Source: Lepidodermella squamata
Lineage: Eukaryota > Animalia > Gastrotricha
Length of the DNA: 64,000 bases
Direction: 5' to 3'
Assembly (NCBI GenBank): GCA_047495785.1
Contig: JBLDXI010000038.1
Span: 496,001 to 560,000 of the forward strand
The notes under the pieces were generated by a model. That model had not been told where the DNA came from and did no database searches. It saw only the letters and a list, made by a program, of their open reading frames with translations. A program made the translations under genes and the position numbers. Of this stretch, positions 15,323 to 28,988 are shown in pieces; within the stretch, counting starts at the first letter, position 1, and each line of letters opens with the position of its first letter.

Positions 15323-15844
15323 GAAGGCGCGCTGCTGGCCACCGTCTATCACTAATATCTAAGAAAACCTACAAAACAACAATTCGAATATGAAGGTACA
15401 TATTAATTTTCAAGTAAAAATGAATCATAATAATATCATCAATTTGTACATATCGGCAGCCAACTTGACTCGAGGCTTGACTAATGCGACAGATGTGACC
15501 GGATGAGGCGACAACATAAAAAAAGAGACGAAAGCAGCTTTGTTTCAGGATTAGAGAGCAAAAGGACCAGATATTTCAATTCGTAATAAAACGTATCGCA
15601 AAATCATATGCATGTCAAATTTTCCGAAACAGAAAATACACGATGAGCCCATAAAATGAGATAAAACGACGTTGAGAAGGCGGAAGACCGCTGCAAAACG
15701 GCAGCTAACACATAGAAAGCATCAAAGCAGGAATGGTATCGAATCGTTTTGCATATGCACAAAAATTAGTAAATATCAGAGGCGATAAAACAATATCAGC
15801 ATGGAAGATCTACATAATGAGCTAGAAGAAGAATATTTTATACT

Positions 15845-16565
15845 TCAAGATAAAAAACAGCAGCCGCTTTGATTTGCTTGCCTTTTGCGCTTCATCGCTA
15901 TATCTTGTGAACGAGAAAGCGCAGCTCTCACTGAGAATTCGAAAATTTCCTTAATTCCATCCTTGCGAAGAGCTGAGCACTCGAAATATTTGACAGCGCC
16001 CACTTGCTTTGCCATTAGCAGTCCTTGAGGCGTTTCTATAGGCGACAAATTTCGTTTGGATAATTCTTTCAACGTGTTAGGATCTTCACGAAGATCAGTC
16101 TTCATGCCGCAAAGTATTAGCGGTACTTGTGGACAGTAGCTCTTGACTTCAGGATACCACTGCAATTCAAAAAGAAAAATGAAATAAGATAAAAAAGAAA
16201 CAAAAAAGTGCATCATCTCACCTTTGCTCTGACATTTTCAAAGCTAGCAGGGTTTACGACTGAAAAACATAACAAGAAAACGTCCGTTTGGGGATAAGAC
16301 AATGGTCGGAGACGGTCGTAGTCTTCTTGGCCCGCCGTATCCCACAATCCCGCAACTATCGACTTGCCGTCCACGAACACGTTGGCTGAAAAGTTGTCGA
16401 AGACAGTTGGAACATAGTCGGGTGGATATGATGCTTGGGTGTATGAGAGTAGCAATGAGGTCTTACCCACAGTTCTGAAAATTTCAAACGATTACATGAT
16501 ATGATATCAAAACGAACGATAACATACCCATCGCCCACCACCACCAGTTTCACAGATCGCTGCAT
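15845..16565 (-). CDS. Rho-family GTPase, Rac/Mig-2-like paralog C (3 exons)
   Basis: [54 protein letters not shown]-terminus CCFLS. Confidence 0.92.
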
Positions 16566-17065
16566 GAAGATGACGTTGAGCAACGTGGCATCAATCAACC
16601 ACTCTCAATTACATTCAACTAAAATGAAAAAAAATAAAACTTGAGATGGGATAACACGAGCTTTAAATCAAGTCGCTTCAAAAAACACGCACGCGCTAAC
16701 AATCTAGTTTTTTTGTAAAATCCACGCGTCCAGACAAGTCATTAAGGAAGGCACGCGTTTGGTTGCGCAACATGATTTCTAGGGCGCGTAAAAAAATGAA
16801 AGCGCATGGATCTAATCACAAATTTTCAATGACGTTAATGCTTTGAAAAGTACTGATGTCTCCGAATATTATTCCATGGATGAATGAGTCGAACAAGCCG
16901 CCAAGTTCGCAGTCACATTTCGTGCACTATTTTCAGCCAAGGAATAATTACATTAGGTACCATAAAACTTACCATCGTGAGGCTCGAGTACGAAATATGA
17001 TACGAATAATATTGCCATTTATGACTCCGCTGTCAATTCGGCTGGGATAGCGTAAATAACGTCTT

Positions 17066-17292
17066 CATGATGTACATACATTTTCAAATACTTCATTATG
17101 TTTCGCCATTTCGAACAACCGCGACTCGCGTTTCAAGAAACACTTGACTGCCAAAGTTTCGATGGTATATTCATAATCTTCCTCAGGGCGTATTATCAAA
17201 AGCTGTTAACCCAAGCGTCTCTTGAAACACGATTCACGGTAGCCCGAAATGGCGAAAGATAGTGAAGTACTTAAAAATGTGATTATATCATG
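17066..17292. repeat. Long imperfect inverted repeat (foldback; palindromic MITE-like)
   Basis: Arms of about 105 nt (catgatgtacatacattttcaaatacttc...tttcgccatttcg...gtttcaaga versus tcttgaaac...cgaaatggcgaaa...gaagtacttaaaaatgtg...atcatg) flank a loop of about 15 nt. Mismatches are mostly transitions. Confidence 0.8.
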
Positions 17293-19573
17293 GATATGTG
17301 CAGTTAATTAAGCGATTCCAGCAGATTTTAGCTTGGGCTATTCAATCTTAAGTCAAAGGCCAACTCACTCATTGCTCATCCTTCTCAGCTTAACAACCGA
17401 TAACCGATGGCAGAGAAAAGTCACTAACTAAATTTAGATGGTTTCGGGAGAGGAGAAATCGTCGTTAGTGATTCCATAATCCATAATTGTGATATTTAAC
17501 GATAAACAAAGAAAGTGTTCCTACCACTAGTGAGTATGCGCCTAATTAATCAGCGGCTAACAGTCATACGCATTATACGGTAAACAAGAATGCCTGAGAA
17601 GATCTGCCTCGAAGTGATTGCGTTAGCCGCCAGCATTGCATTGGGAAGTTCATATCAGAAGGCAGAACCAAGAACCTAAGTTCAAGGCAGTCTCGTATTC
17701 AAGGCAAAGCCTAGTAGTGAAATATTCATGGGCCGAAATACAATTCCATGGGATAGATTCATGTCTCAAAAGATAGTTTCATTTTTTCAGCTACTTGAGG
17801 ACCGAAACTGATGCGAACAGTGCGAAACTGCTGTTTACTAATCCTCCTAACAATCCTATTAGCGCTCAACAACTATTAAAAGGGCACGGGATTCTATTTG
17901 TGCTGGTTTTAGGTTGAAAACAGCCAAGTAAAAAAGCGAGAGGGTTTATTCATACAAAAAAATACAAGGGTGCTGACTCGAATAATAATTGATCTCATAG
18001 ACTTAGAATATCCTATTTACGGTAATAAAATAGTTACTATGAGGCACTGATGACAAAAAAATGGCACTATGGCGTAAGGCGGAACATGAAGAAAGTTTAC
18101 ATGCTGACTCTGATATCATATAAAAACAAGATACCGGATGGGTTTTTGTAAACCTTCAAGAACAAGAAACAAGAATATATTTACATCCACTCGGTAACCA
18201 ATGATAGCAAATGCCAACATTAAAATCTCAAATCAAAACACATGCTTCATGCTTTACATGGCGGAGGGCGTAGCACTGCGAGGCAATCCAGGTAATTGTA
18301 AAGATAGCGGCTATGCGTGTAGTATCAGAACAGGAGCAAAGTGCCTAAACCTAAATAATGAACAGAAGCCAGCGTAAAGAACTGGCAGCAGCAAAGCAGA
18401 GGTAGCAAAACAGAGATCGATAAGCGGACGTGTCCATTCGAATGATGAAACCGAAGAACGCTGAGTAATCCTTTCATTCGGTTTGTGTTCGAATATGTAA
18501 AATATAAACGTGAAGGTCATGAAAGCCTTTTCCAGGTCCCAAATCTAGCAGACGATTATTTAGAAAACTCGGTTAATAAAAATATTATTATATTTTATAT
18601 TTTAAAATTTCTAATTTCCAAGAACAATTCGAAAATCGAGAATGAAAATCGCATCGATCCAACCACTTTATTGTTGTTGGTGTTTGTGTGCGGTTAGTTT
18701 TTGGTTCAATAGTGGGCAAGTGTCGTCACCGGTCACCGGGATAGCAAGCCAAAACTGTGGCAAAAACCTCTGCTTAGCACTGAAAACAGCTTTCAATTTA
18801 TTCTTATTGCTGCACGGCTTGCACGGGAAAAAGTTGAGTTAACTCAGAATTGGGAATTACCACATACCATTGGTAATTTACGATTTCTCCTCGCCCGGAC
18901 AGACTCAAGCTGTCGCCATAAGGCGGAGGTAGTGAGAAAATCCCAATGAAGGTTCCTAAGGGCCGAACAATTTTCGTAAAAAAAGATGGATTGGTCTGGC
19001 TAATAGGTTGTCATTCGGATAGCAGGATGGCATCTGACGGCTGCGTTATTATTAGGAACTCGTGCATTGGCGCACTTAATTTTTCACAATTACAACTAAG
19101 CCAAGCTTTGCGCATTCTTGTGTTTTATTTTTATCCGCGAGATCTCTAGGAAACCTTGTCGAGGTCGACCTGTCATATAAACCAACAACGCGAATAACAA
19201 AGTAATCAGGTTTCTTCTATCTTCTACGTTCATACCCTTTCGAGAAGGCAGCTAAACAGAAATTGGTCGCCAATCTCCGCTTTGAACAGTTGGCTTTTAC
19301 TGACGTTTAATTTCTTGTTCGCTTTAGTTAATACTTACGTTTGTAAAATACCTTTTGCGGTAATCGGTAACAGCAGCATGAACAATAGTTACGGTAACAT
19401 TATTTTGACAGTTTGCCCACATTATTAGTTACTCTGTCGTTATCTTAGGTGATCGACCATACGGAAAACGCCCCGACGACAGAATCTCTATGCACAACAA
19501 GAAGTGAGAGCCATTTTACGTTTAGCATCGTGTTGATTATATCTGTTATCGCAGTACCGGCAATCATTCTGCG

Positions 19574-20267
19574 ATGTCATCTTCGAACTACGGGCATGTT
19601 CCTACAGGTGCTCAGTTCTCTGGGCCATCTTCACTGCCTGGTGCCGGTGGGCGTTCACACAGCTGTTCATCGCCTGGAAGCAGCACTGGCAGCATTTGCA
19701 GTACTGGAACTGGTAGTATGATCGTAGCTGGCTCTAACGAAGGTTATGGCATGTATTCGGAAAGTGATTACGCCCATGGGCAGCCGCCTCCGCTCATTAA
19801 TCCCCGAAATAATCATCACAGATATTCTAACCAGGGAGCGACAATGTCACCTGTTACTCCTTATTCGCCCAATTCCCACGCGTCGAATCAATCGCTGATG
19901 TCATCCCCCTTGCCATTCGGTTCGGCTCCCTCAGCTCAAACATCATCGCCGTCAGGTAAGCATTTAGTCGAACACCGCACAGCGTGAAACTGGTTTTTTA
20001 AATAACACAGGCTCAGTATCTAGTAGCACGGACATAACTATGGCATGCTCTCCCTCAGTTGTATCCCAAGATCCAGCTTACAGAACAGTTTTATCTTTCG
20101 TCAATCAAAGGTGGAAGGATTTCCAAGCAAAGCAAGCTAGAGCGTTATCTTCTAACAATCAGTCTTGTTTCGACGAGTTCTCTCCTGGCCTTCAGTCAAC
20201 CGGCGTTTCGTCCACTTCAATTTCCAGATGTACTGCTCCACCGCAAGCAGCAATGCCTGTCCCTTAA
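19574..20267 (+). CDS. Ser/Pro-rich protein with a short C-terminal helix; weak resemblance to the MCRIP/FAM195 family (2 exons)
   Basis: ORFs 19574..19987 and 20040..20267 are joined in frame by a GTAAGC...ACAG intron (about 19956-20010). The helix PAYRTVLSFVNQRWKDF recalls the MCRIP helix, but the family call is tentative. Confidence 0.6.
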
Positions 20268-21743
20268 AATTTCGGACATGCCGATGATAGCACCAGTTTG
20301 TTGCATCACATTGGCGAACTGATTCATCAAATTTATCTAGGTTGCTATTGCTGTTCTGTTTTCTTTCTGCGCTGGAAAATGTTACGGTCGATATCAATAA
20401 TTTGTTGAAATGGCGTGAATAAGAAAATTAGTTGCCTGCCGTCGCAATATTCGTAGTTTCTGTGAGCGTTGTACTTTTGAAAAAGTGTTGTTGATTGCGG
20501 GTTCAATGGAACTTATGTTCAACTGTTGTACTTGAATATTTATTTGTCAAGTGGAGCGTCGTGAAGAATCTAATGATTCCAATCGTCACTTGTTATCTGC
20601 TTTAATAGCATAGCAGTACCCGCTTTATTCGGCTGGAAACTGCATTTTCCGTGTTGTTTTCATTTCTGTTGGGCCTATCGGCTCAAAGTGAAGAGTAATT
20701 TTTCGTATGACAATTTGTATAGCATGGGAAAATGTGTTAATAAAACTTGGCATGTTAGACGCAACGAATGTTTTTCTCATTTATTGACGAATAAGCTAAG
20801 TTTCAAGTCTTTGAGATTCGGCGCGGCAGATCGACCATCTTGAAGTAATTCTACGCCATCACAAGATAGAGTCGTCCAATTTCCAAGGTTTGATCTTTGA
20901 CCATACGATACAGTAGTAATCAAATTGAAGAGAATGCGTAGTTAATCGGCCGAAGGAAAAATACGCGAATATTTATTACACTCTCGATTTGGAAGGTTAC
21001 GTTCAATCAGGCATTTCAAGAAATAAAAATGGATATAAAATTAGGAAGAACTAAAATATTTACATCGGATGCAACACCGCGAAAATTCTTTTGATTGAGA
21101 GATAGAAAAATAAATTCTTTAAGCATTAATAGAGCGCTATCACATAAACAAGGCACAATGTTTTTGGATTTCAAGAGACTATTTTTGAGAATGTGAAGAA
21201 AATAACTAATAGTGCGATCATAATTGGGAGAAAACAGAAGCCGTGGCTGTAAAACGGCATGAATAACACCGGCTAAGAACAACTCGTGCTCTATCTCTAC
21301 TGAAAACCAATTACGTGACGTGAGTGTAGCTAGAACGAAAGTCGTAACGCGTTCGTTGGCGTTAATGTGAAATTTGAGTGGTGCTATTTAAAAATGGGCA
21401 ATATATTTGGCAACGAAGATATTTTGCTAGGTATGTGATAATAGTGTAATGAGCCAATTGATTATTTTATAACAAAAAAATTGAGAAAACAAAAATAATT
21501 AATTCAGTGATTCATCAAAAAATAATTTCCAATATGTTTTTATGACTGATATAACAAGTCGTTCTTTACCGCCAAGCAGATATCTCGGAGCTTCAATGTT
21601 TCTAGAAATATTCGCATAATGTAAAAATCAATTTTGATAATAATATTAGGTATATTATGGTTTTTGCATAATAGTTATAAAAATAGGGACATGTTGTTTG
21701 TGCGTGGATGAATTGAACAGTCTCGTTAAACAATATTTATATT

Positions 21744-24700
21744 CTAAGGATATTCTTCCTCATCTTGTACCATTGGAGCAGTCTCTTCAGCGGTTGTTAC
21801 ATTTGGCGATTGATGCAGGGTTTCTGAGCGGGGACCATTAGCCGAAACATCGTTGCTAAACTCGACCGGGCTCGGTGGCCGGCCGTCGCCAACCAATGCT
21901 GACGACTGAACGGTTCCCATTGACAACGGGGCATCCGACACCTGCACAGCTATTCTACCGTTGATTTCATTAGGCGTGCCTCCAGCAGATTCCACAATCA
22001 TATCCTGGTTGGAATTCTAGCACGGGATGGATGATGAAAAATAGCTAGGAAACGAGAAAGTAACTACCTCAATGGATGCTAAGCGATCATCTACGTGCAT
22101 AGATTCGCCATTTTGTTGATTAATTTGCTGCAACACCTGCTGCTGATGCTGCTGATTTTGAGTGCTAGAGGCAGAAACAGGTCGTCTGCGTGAGCCGCTG
22201 CCACCAGCACTTGGTGTTCGAGCACTCCCAGGCCTCGCCGTAGTGACAACACTACCAGGGTCTCTTTGGGCTGCCTGTCGCAAAATGCCACCGTTGCTAT
22301 CGATTGAGGCCTGCATACTATTCAACCCCATGCCCGGGCCACGCTGAGCATTAGGACCATACGCTCTCATAGTCGCTGGCGAGACACCCTGCATAGGCCG
22401 AGCATTCTGAAAAAAATTAAGTCAAGCAACTTGGGAAAACACATAACAGGGAAAACTAACGACTGCTGGAAGACGCTCTGAGTACCTAGCGCGGTACATG
22501 CGACCGTCCGCGCCTTGAATATCGCGTTCATCTTGAGCTAGATCGTACAGCAGAATATCTTCAGGAACGACTGCACTCAGATGGGTGATACGCGTAACCC
22601 GATGGTGGGGGTAGGTCATCGTATGAGAGCCCCCTACTGGACGCTGAGCCAGGTATTGCCCTTCGACTGTGGTCGCAGCTTGAGGCGCTATTCCTTCAAT
22701 TTCTGCTGGTGAGATGCCGGTACGGCTGGTTTGTGGTGGAGGAACAGAAGGTAAGTTTGACGTTCTGAACTCATCAATTGCGTTAGCCAAATTTCAAAAC
22801 CGCACGATAATGACGGCATGCAAAAACAAAAACAAACAAAACAAACCAAAAGGTGCAGATAAGACAAGCAAAACCAGGCATAGGGAGATGAGGCTCAAAC
22901 AACTGATTCAAATATTAGCCATCATGATGAAAAAGCTTATGACTCATGCTTAAATATTCATATAAGATTTGAGCCTCATGAATAAAATATGAACCAAATA
23001 ATTCGGCGGTCGGATGTCAAGTCTAAATCCGGGGATCCCAAAGCAAGCTATTGCCATGCATGCAACATGCTTAAAACTCAACTAAAGGAGTGAAGCGCAT
23101 TCGAGGTACCAAATGCATGCTAACACCGGCATATAATGAATGGGGTATTGAAATATCACCTGTTCCAGCTGGGAGCAACAGTTGTCCGTGAGCGGCTAAG
23201 GTTGTACTCAGTATTCATGCTGAACACACAATTAGTTGGTTAGTATTTTCGGGAAAGTGTTATCGATTACTCGTCGAGGGAAATAGTATTTCCTAGCTTA
23301 AATATCAACCTGCGTTCGACGAACCCTTGACAGCCAAATGAAGGCGCGTGATCGCCTACTGAGGCTGGTCTAGGGTCCCTAATGGCACCTTTTCGGAGTT
23401 GCCCGTGACCGCTGGTGAGCTCAGCGAGAATTTTCGGGTAGGACCCGACAAATCGCTTTAAATCTGACGGTTCCATGTGTTCGATAGTATTATGGGCAAC
23501 TGCGCGTTGGCAAGCTAGCCAAGCGCGATAGTTTCCCCCGTGTTGACTGATATTGAAATTTGTCAAAAAAGTCAAAGTGCATTGAAACATTGGCGTGAGA
23601 AATTAAAAGCAAAGCAAGCGGGTTAATGCCGTCCCCGTAATTTATAATATGTTCCAGTCAATAATTATCGAATTTCAAGAATTTGATTTCAAAGGAATTG
23701 GGACCGCTTCAAACCTTTTTGTCGCTTGGCGAATCTGCTCTAGTTCGTAGGTCGTAAATGGCCGTGGAGTTCGAGTCGCTGGAATGCCAGACCCTGGTCC
23801 AGGGATTGAAGGAGGTGGACTAAACGGCCGCAACTCGATTGGTCGATCGCAGCTAAGGCAATGAGACCGAACAACTTTGAAAGCTGCAGCTTCATCTGGA
23901 TTATTATCGGTGGCAATATGCTGAAAAAATTATTAACGCTAAAAGGTTGGCAGGATGGATCGAAAGCGACGAACCTGAGCACCCAATTTGCCGAGTTTTG
24001 AACTAATTGCTTTGAGTTTTGCCTCCAAATAATCACGAAGCGTTTCTAGGTCACTACGATCAGCCTTCCGCGCAAATTCGCTGTTAAATTTCATTACCAA
24101 TAAAACCTTACTAAAACGAGTTTTTCTCAAGAGTTACCCATCCAGCCGCAAACGCGCTCGTTTAGCTTCTTCTTCGAGCAACTCACAACGCTGCTGCATT
24201 TCCTCGATTAGCCGGTTCAAATCCCGTATCAATTGTTGGATTCTGTGGAGAAATGATATACCTTTGAAAGAAATCGCACGGTAAGTCTTACTCGGCGGCG
24301 TTTGCCTTCCGATCAAGCTCAGGCCTATCAGCCTTTCGCATGAGTTCTTCGCAAACCCACAATCGGTCAGCCTTGTCTTCTTGTAACCGCGCCGTATCAG
24401 CCGTGAGAGTCGAAATACTCGCCGTGTGACCTGCAACGTCTGTAACCAGACTGGTGGAAATGCGCCGTAGTCGCTCCACCTCATCGCGAGCATCATCCAG
24501 CGAATCTCGAAGCTGTCGGATCAAGTCAGCATCCTGTAAATCGCAACGTAATTAATCAACTTCATGAGTAAAAAATAATATGAACTGACGCGTTCACGGA
24601 GCGAAGTGAGATTTTCGAGTTGCTGGCGGAGCGCATCAATGCTAGACAACAGCGAGTCAGATAAGTGCATATTGGCAAGATCGGACCGGTCAGCCTTTCG

Positions 24701-26697
24701 AAGGAGTTCCTCTTGTATATCGGCAATTTTCTTGTCTGTTTCGTTAGCCCGTTCCGTTAACTTGGCGATCGCTTGAGAGTATTCGTCCAGTTTCGAAAGT
24801 GTCAGGGCGCTCAATTGGTCTCTTTCATTGTCGCGATCGAGAAGTGCTTTCATGTCGGCTTCTAGCTTTGCAATCTGGTCGGTGAACTGCTGCATGCGTT
24901 GCTGAACGTTCTGCCAAGCTTGTTGGCTCTGTTGGCGAACCGCGTTCAATTCGTCCTGTGTTGCGTACTTACCAGTTGTCTTTTCCAAGTTCCGCTGGAA
25001 TTCATTAAGGAAAAGTTAATACATACTCCAATCGATGAAACAGAGAGTATACTTGGAAAGCTCGCTATTTATGAAGCGTTAATGTTGCTTTGACTAATTT
25101 ACATGTGTGAATTAGAGCGTCAGAAGATTATAAAAGCAAAGCCCCATTCAGTCAATCGTTTTGTGAGTACAAATTCTTCAAAGCATTCATATACCAATCT
25201 TTCCTCGATTCTCGCCAACTGATCTGGTGTTGGCATGTTTGCAGCCTAAGATCGTTTATGGAAAGTAAACAAAATAAGCCAGAATTCGAACATCGAAGAT
25301 TCAACGCAAGAGCTAATATGATTCCGAACAATTATGATAGAATATTACGATATACCCAAGTTAGAAATAATAAATTAAATAGCTGGAACATAACTACTCA
25401 GCTAGTGCGAAAAGCCTCAAGATATACCTTCCCATCATTTTGCTTATCACGAGATTTCTAAATATTGGTGCAGAAATCGGAAATTAGGATTCAAGAATTT
25501 CATTTAGACAGACAATGGTTAAACACATGGGACCTGACGATTTGTAACAAGACAACATTTAAACGTTTAACTTTACCGCGAATGGATCTTCCAGCATTAT
25601 TGTTTCAACCGAATTGCTCAATGGCAAATTCGACTTTGGTGCCAAATTAGCCTATTAATTAATTGATAAACATGCGTTATTACCGGTGGAAAGTCGAGTC
25701 CCTTCGAAATTGCATTCAAATTAAACGTGATTAAAGCCCTATACTGCCTTTCGTGTGAACGCTTTTGAAACAAAAACTTTTTTTCGCATTCCAGTTACCG
25801 AGGGTGGGGCCAGTTGGAAAGAAGGTCGAGTTTCTTGTGCAACATTCCCACAAGAAGTGGCACCAATAGGAACAGGTAAAACTGCTCCGCTACCATCGAG
25901 TAGCGCCGAATCAGTAACGGTGAAAGTGGGGACAACAGTAATATTTCTAGCGGGCATGTTATCTGCCCCGGGGGGTATAGAAGGCTTGCATACCTCTGAG
26001 TTGAGGGACAACGTCTTTTGCTACCAGACAGGTTTAAAAATTGATCATTCAAAATAACTCGTTGAATTAGTAAGTATTTTTTCGAGTTTGACTTACAAAA
26101 TCGGCAACTTGCGCCATAAGCCTATCTTTTTCGTCCTCGAGGCGCGCGATCTTATCCATCAGTGACTCGACTAGCTCCGTGATCTAACGAAGCAAAATAT
26201 TATCTCATCGAACATCGAAGTCGACAGGATCAACGCACCTTAGACATGCCAGTTTCGTTGGCGTCACACCGTTTTTGAAGCTGGATGAATTTCCACATGT
26301 CAGATACGGGTTGGGATCCTGTTCCCCCTCCTCCTCCACCTGACTGATCGCCACCCAATTTGCTGCGTTTGGCAGCCAGCAATTCATCGGCACCAGGGTA
26401 GTTGGTTTCAAACTGGTTTAACTTGGTTTCCACGGTCTCCATTCGCTTAAGAAGATTTGAGTAATTCGGAGGCAGAACGCCAGTGGATTGGCCAGTGGCA
26501 CCAGCAGTTCCAGAGCCTCCAGATATCTTTTGTAACTCTTTTTCGTCAGCAACCACTACTATCTTTTCTCCGCCGAAATTAAGCCGCTTCACCAATTCGT
26601 GCAGAAACTGTTGCAAAACGTTGAAGTTGACAGCTCCGACCTCCGGCGACGCCAGCGCCAGGTCGATCATGCTATCCAGGGTGACTTCACTCTTCAT
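21744..26697 (-). CDS. QRICH2: QRICH2/C16orf96-like coiled-coil protein (DUF4795 type), multi-exon
   Basis: N-terminal LDSMIDLALASPEVGAVNFNVL, repeated (R)KADR motifs, DEAAAF...HCLSCDRP, RPFTTYELEQIRQ, GGSHTMTYP and DIQGADGRMYRAR. These motifs show that the ORF fragments from 21744 to 26697 belong to one gene. Confidence 0.85.
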
Positions 26698-26781
26698 TTC
26701 TTAACAGACCTATAAGTATGAACAGGTACATATTTTTGGTGCATTTAATACACAATTTGAAAATCTTCGTTTAAAAACTTG

Positions 26782-28907
26782 TCATAAGAAAATCCGCGAG
26801 GTAAAATAGAAACAGCACGAATAAATAACAGCGAAAAATGATCCATCCGAGGGAAGTTGCGGTGCACTTGACAGAGGAGCATTCATGAAAAAAGGGTAGA
26901 AGAAATCCCATTCCAGGCGATACTCGTCATATCGTGTTTTCTTGATTGTCGATGGAAGCTGCGATGAAATTTTTCATTAGTTTTAGAAGCAAATTGAATG
27001 AACGTCATTATCACCTTCGTATGGTCTTCGAATCTAACATGAAAGTTGACGGATATAGACGGGTCAGGACAAGGCACCATTCCCAGACATGGAAAATCGT
27101 AATTCTTTGGTTCACCGAAGTCGTAAGCAACACCAACGATTTGATAAATCGGATTTCTCATCGACTGCTTGTTAGCATACAAAATACGAAGGGTAACGCT
27201 GGTTCGCAAACTATTTGAAACATGAAATGAAAATATGTAACTAGTTGTTTACGTGATAGCATACTTTTGACAAGTTCCTGGGCGGCTGCTATTTGGTGCG
27301 CGGATTGAACCGTATTTCACGGTATCGTTGAGGATAGGCACCCAGTCACTAGCTGAATTCGGATCAGAATCACCAAGCATCGCCACGTGAGTAGGGCGAG
27401 CTTTAGGATCGCCGTAGGCTAGATCATAAATTTGCTGCTGAATCTGTTCGCAAGATCCCTTTAAGGGTAGTGTGCAGAATGTCAGAAACTCGGCGCCGAA
27501 TCGAACATCTCTCCGTTTTGACATCGAGCATTTACCGTCATCAGTGATCTCCGGTAGAGTTAAACCGGAATTAAGAGCTGTGACTTTTTGAGAAATTATC
27601 ACGCTTGTTGATATCGGTTTTCCTTTTTCATAATTGGCAGCGCCGCCCAAATAATTTGCAGCGCTTTGGCGTTTGAAAGAAACACTGAAAGACTGAGGAA
27701 AGTTTTTGTATTCACCAATCGGTACATTCCTCAAAGTTATAACTGCTTTGACAGATGTTATAGCGCCATCGTCAAAGAAAATTGTATATGAAACGTCACT
27801 GACAGCATTGCTGCAAACGCTACCAGCGAGTTTTGCTTTCGAACAAGCTACACCACTTCCCGATGAGCTCAAGCACTCAGCGGTGATGGGAATGGCAATT
27901 CGTCCGTTAAGTGCCTTCTGAACCACGTCATCGCCGATGATTTTACGAACGTCCGAGAGGTCACTTATCATTGTAGTAGTCAAGAATATATCGACTGGTA
28001 AAGTGTAATTGATTCGGAATGTGGATGATTTGAATAGAGACGGATATCGAACAACATTAAGGCCAAAATGGTATAACTCTGAAGATATTTGCGGTGCGCT
28101 GCAGAAATCTGAGCCATCGGCATAACTCCGCCAGCAAGTCAACCTTGAATTCACCATGAAGGTAACTGGTGCGTTGTCGCTACAAGATCCACTGCTAGAG
28201 CTGGGAATAGTGAAAAAGCCTAAAGAGCAAAGCTCCTGATCGTCGGTAGCCTGTTTCGAAGATCTGCAGACAAAAAGACGATCGCCAAAGGTATAGCGAC
28301 CCAGAACTGGTATAAGGCCCTCCGTATCGCTTATAACGATATCTTTTTTAAACTGGGCGATTAGCTGGTTAAAGTATTGGTAATCGTTGGACGTTTCCAG
28401 TTTCTTTGCATAGTTTCTGTTTGGCGAATCATCGTAGTCAATGCAAAACAACGTCGCCGTTATGTTTTTGAAATCAACAAATGAGGATGTGCGGTAAAAA
28501 GCCAAAGAATTGGCATCAATACAACGCCGGCTTATTGCGATATCCTCAGTGTCAAAACAATCATCGAAAGCTTGCAAGTCTTCCGCGGAACAATCGGGAT
28601 CGCAGCAGCAACCTACATCGCAGCTCAATTTGTCCCTATTGCAAAAGCATTGCCTGGTTTCGACCCGTTTGCTAGATGGCGTCGTTTGGCGTGGTGATGG
28701 GGCGGGGGTGATTGCTGATATTGCTCTGGGCGTTACACCTTGCCCCAGATTGGAACCGATTACTGATGGCTGTTGGTTTTGACCCGGTTGCGCAACAGGT
28801 TGGACGGTTTGTGGTTGTCCCAAAACCGGCTGGTTGTTGCCAGGAATATTTTGCTGAGCAAATGCAATCCAGAAACCTCCAATCAAAATTATAAATGTTC
28901 GTGTCAT
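26782..28907 (-). CDS. TCTN: Tectonic family protein (paralog B), 3 exons
   Basis: Signal peptide MTRTFIILIGGFWIAFA, Cys cluster CFCNRDKLSCDVGCCCDPDC, NYEKGKPI, VRFG, W(V)PI, and a last exon ending WDFFYPFFMN plus a hydrophobic tail. Confidence 0.9.
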
Positions 28908-28988
28908 AACCCCTAAAATCAGCAAAAGATTAGCAACTCTGATGAAAAATTTCCTCAAAAAGATGTGCTGGATTACAATTACTGTCTT

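Noticed and set aside
17800-18930. Hammerhead-like (CTGATG...CGAAAC at about 17808) and HDV-like (CTCCTCGC at about 18887) ribozyme cores
   Set aside because: The required core nucleotides and flanking helices could not be formed.
21744-23590. Separate genes for ORFs 21744..22790 and 23267..23590
   Set aside because: The 22422..22790 segment carries QRICH2 C-terminal motifs and the segments have splice boundaries, so they are treated as exons of the QRICH2-like gene.
24995-25015. TTTTCCTTAAT U12-like branch site near a 3' splice site
   Set aside because: The available donors (GTATATGA, GTATACTC) do not match GTATCCTT, so there is not enough evidence for a minor-spliceosome intron.
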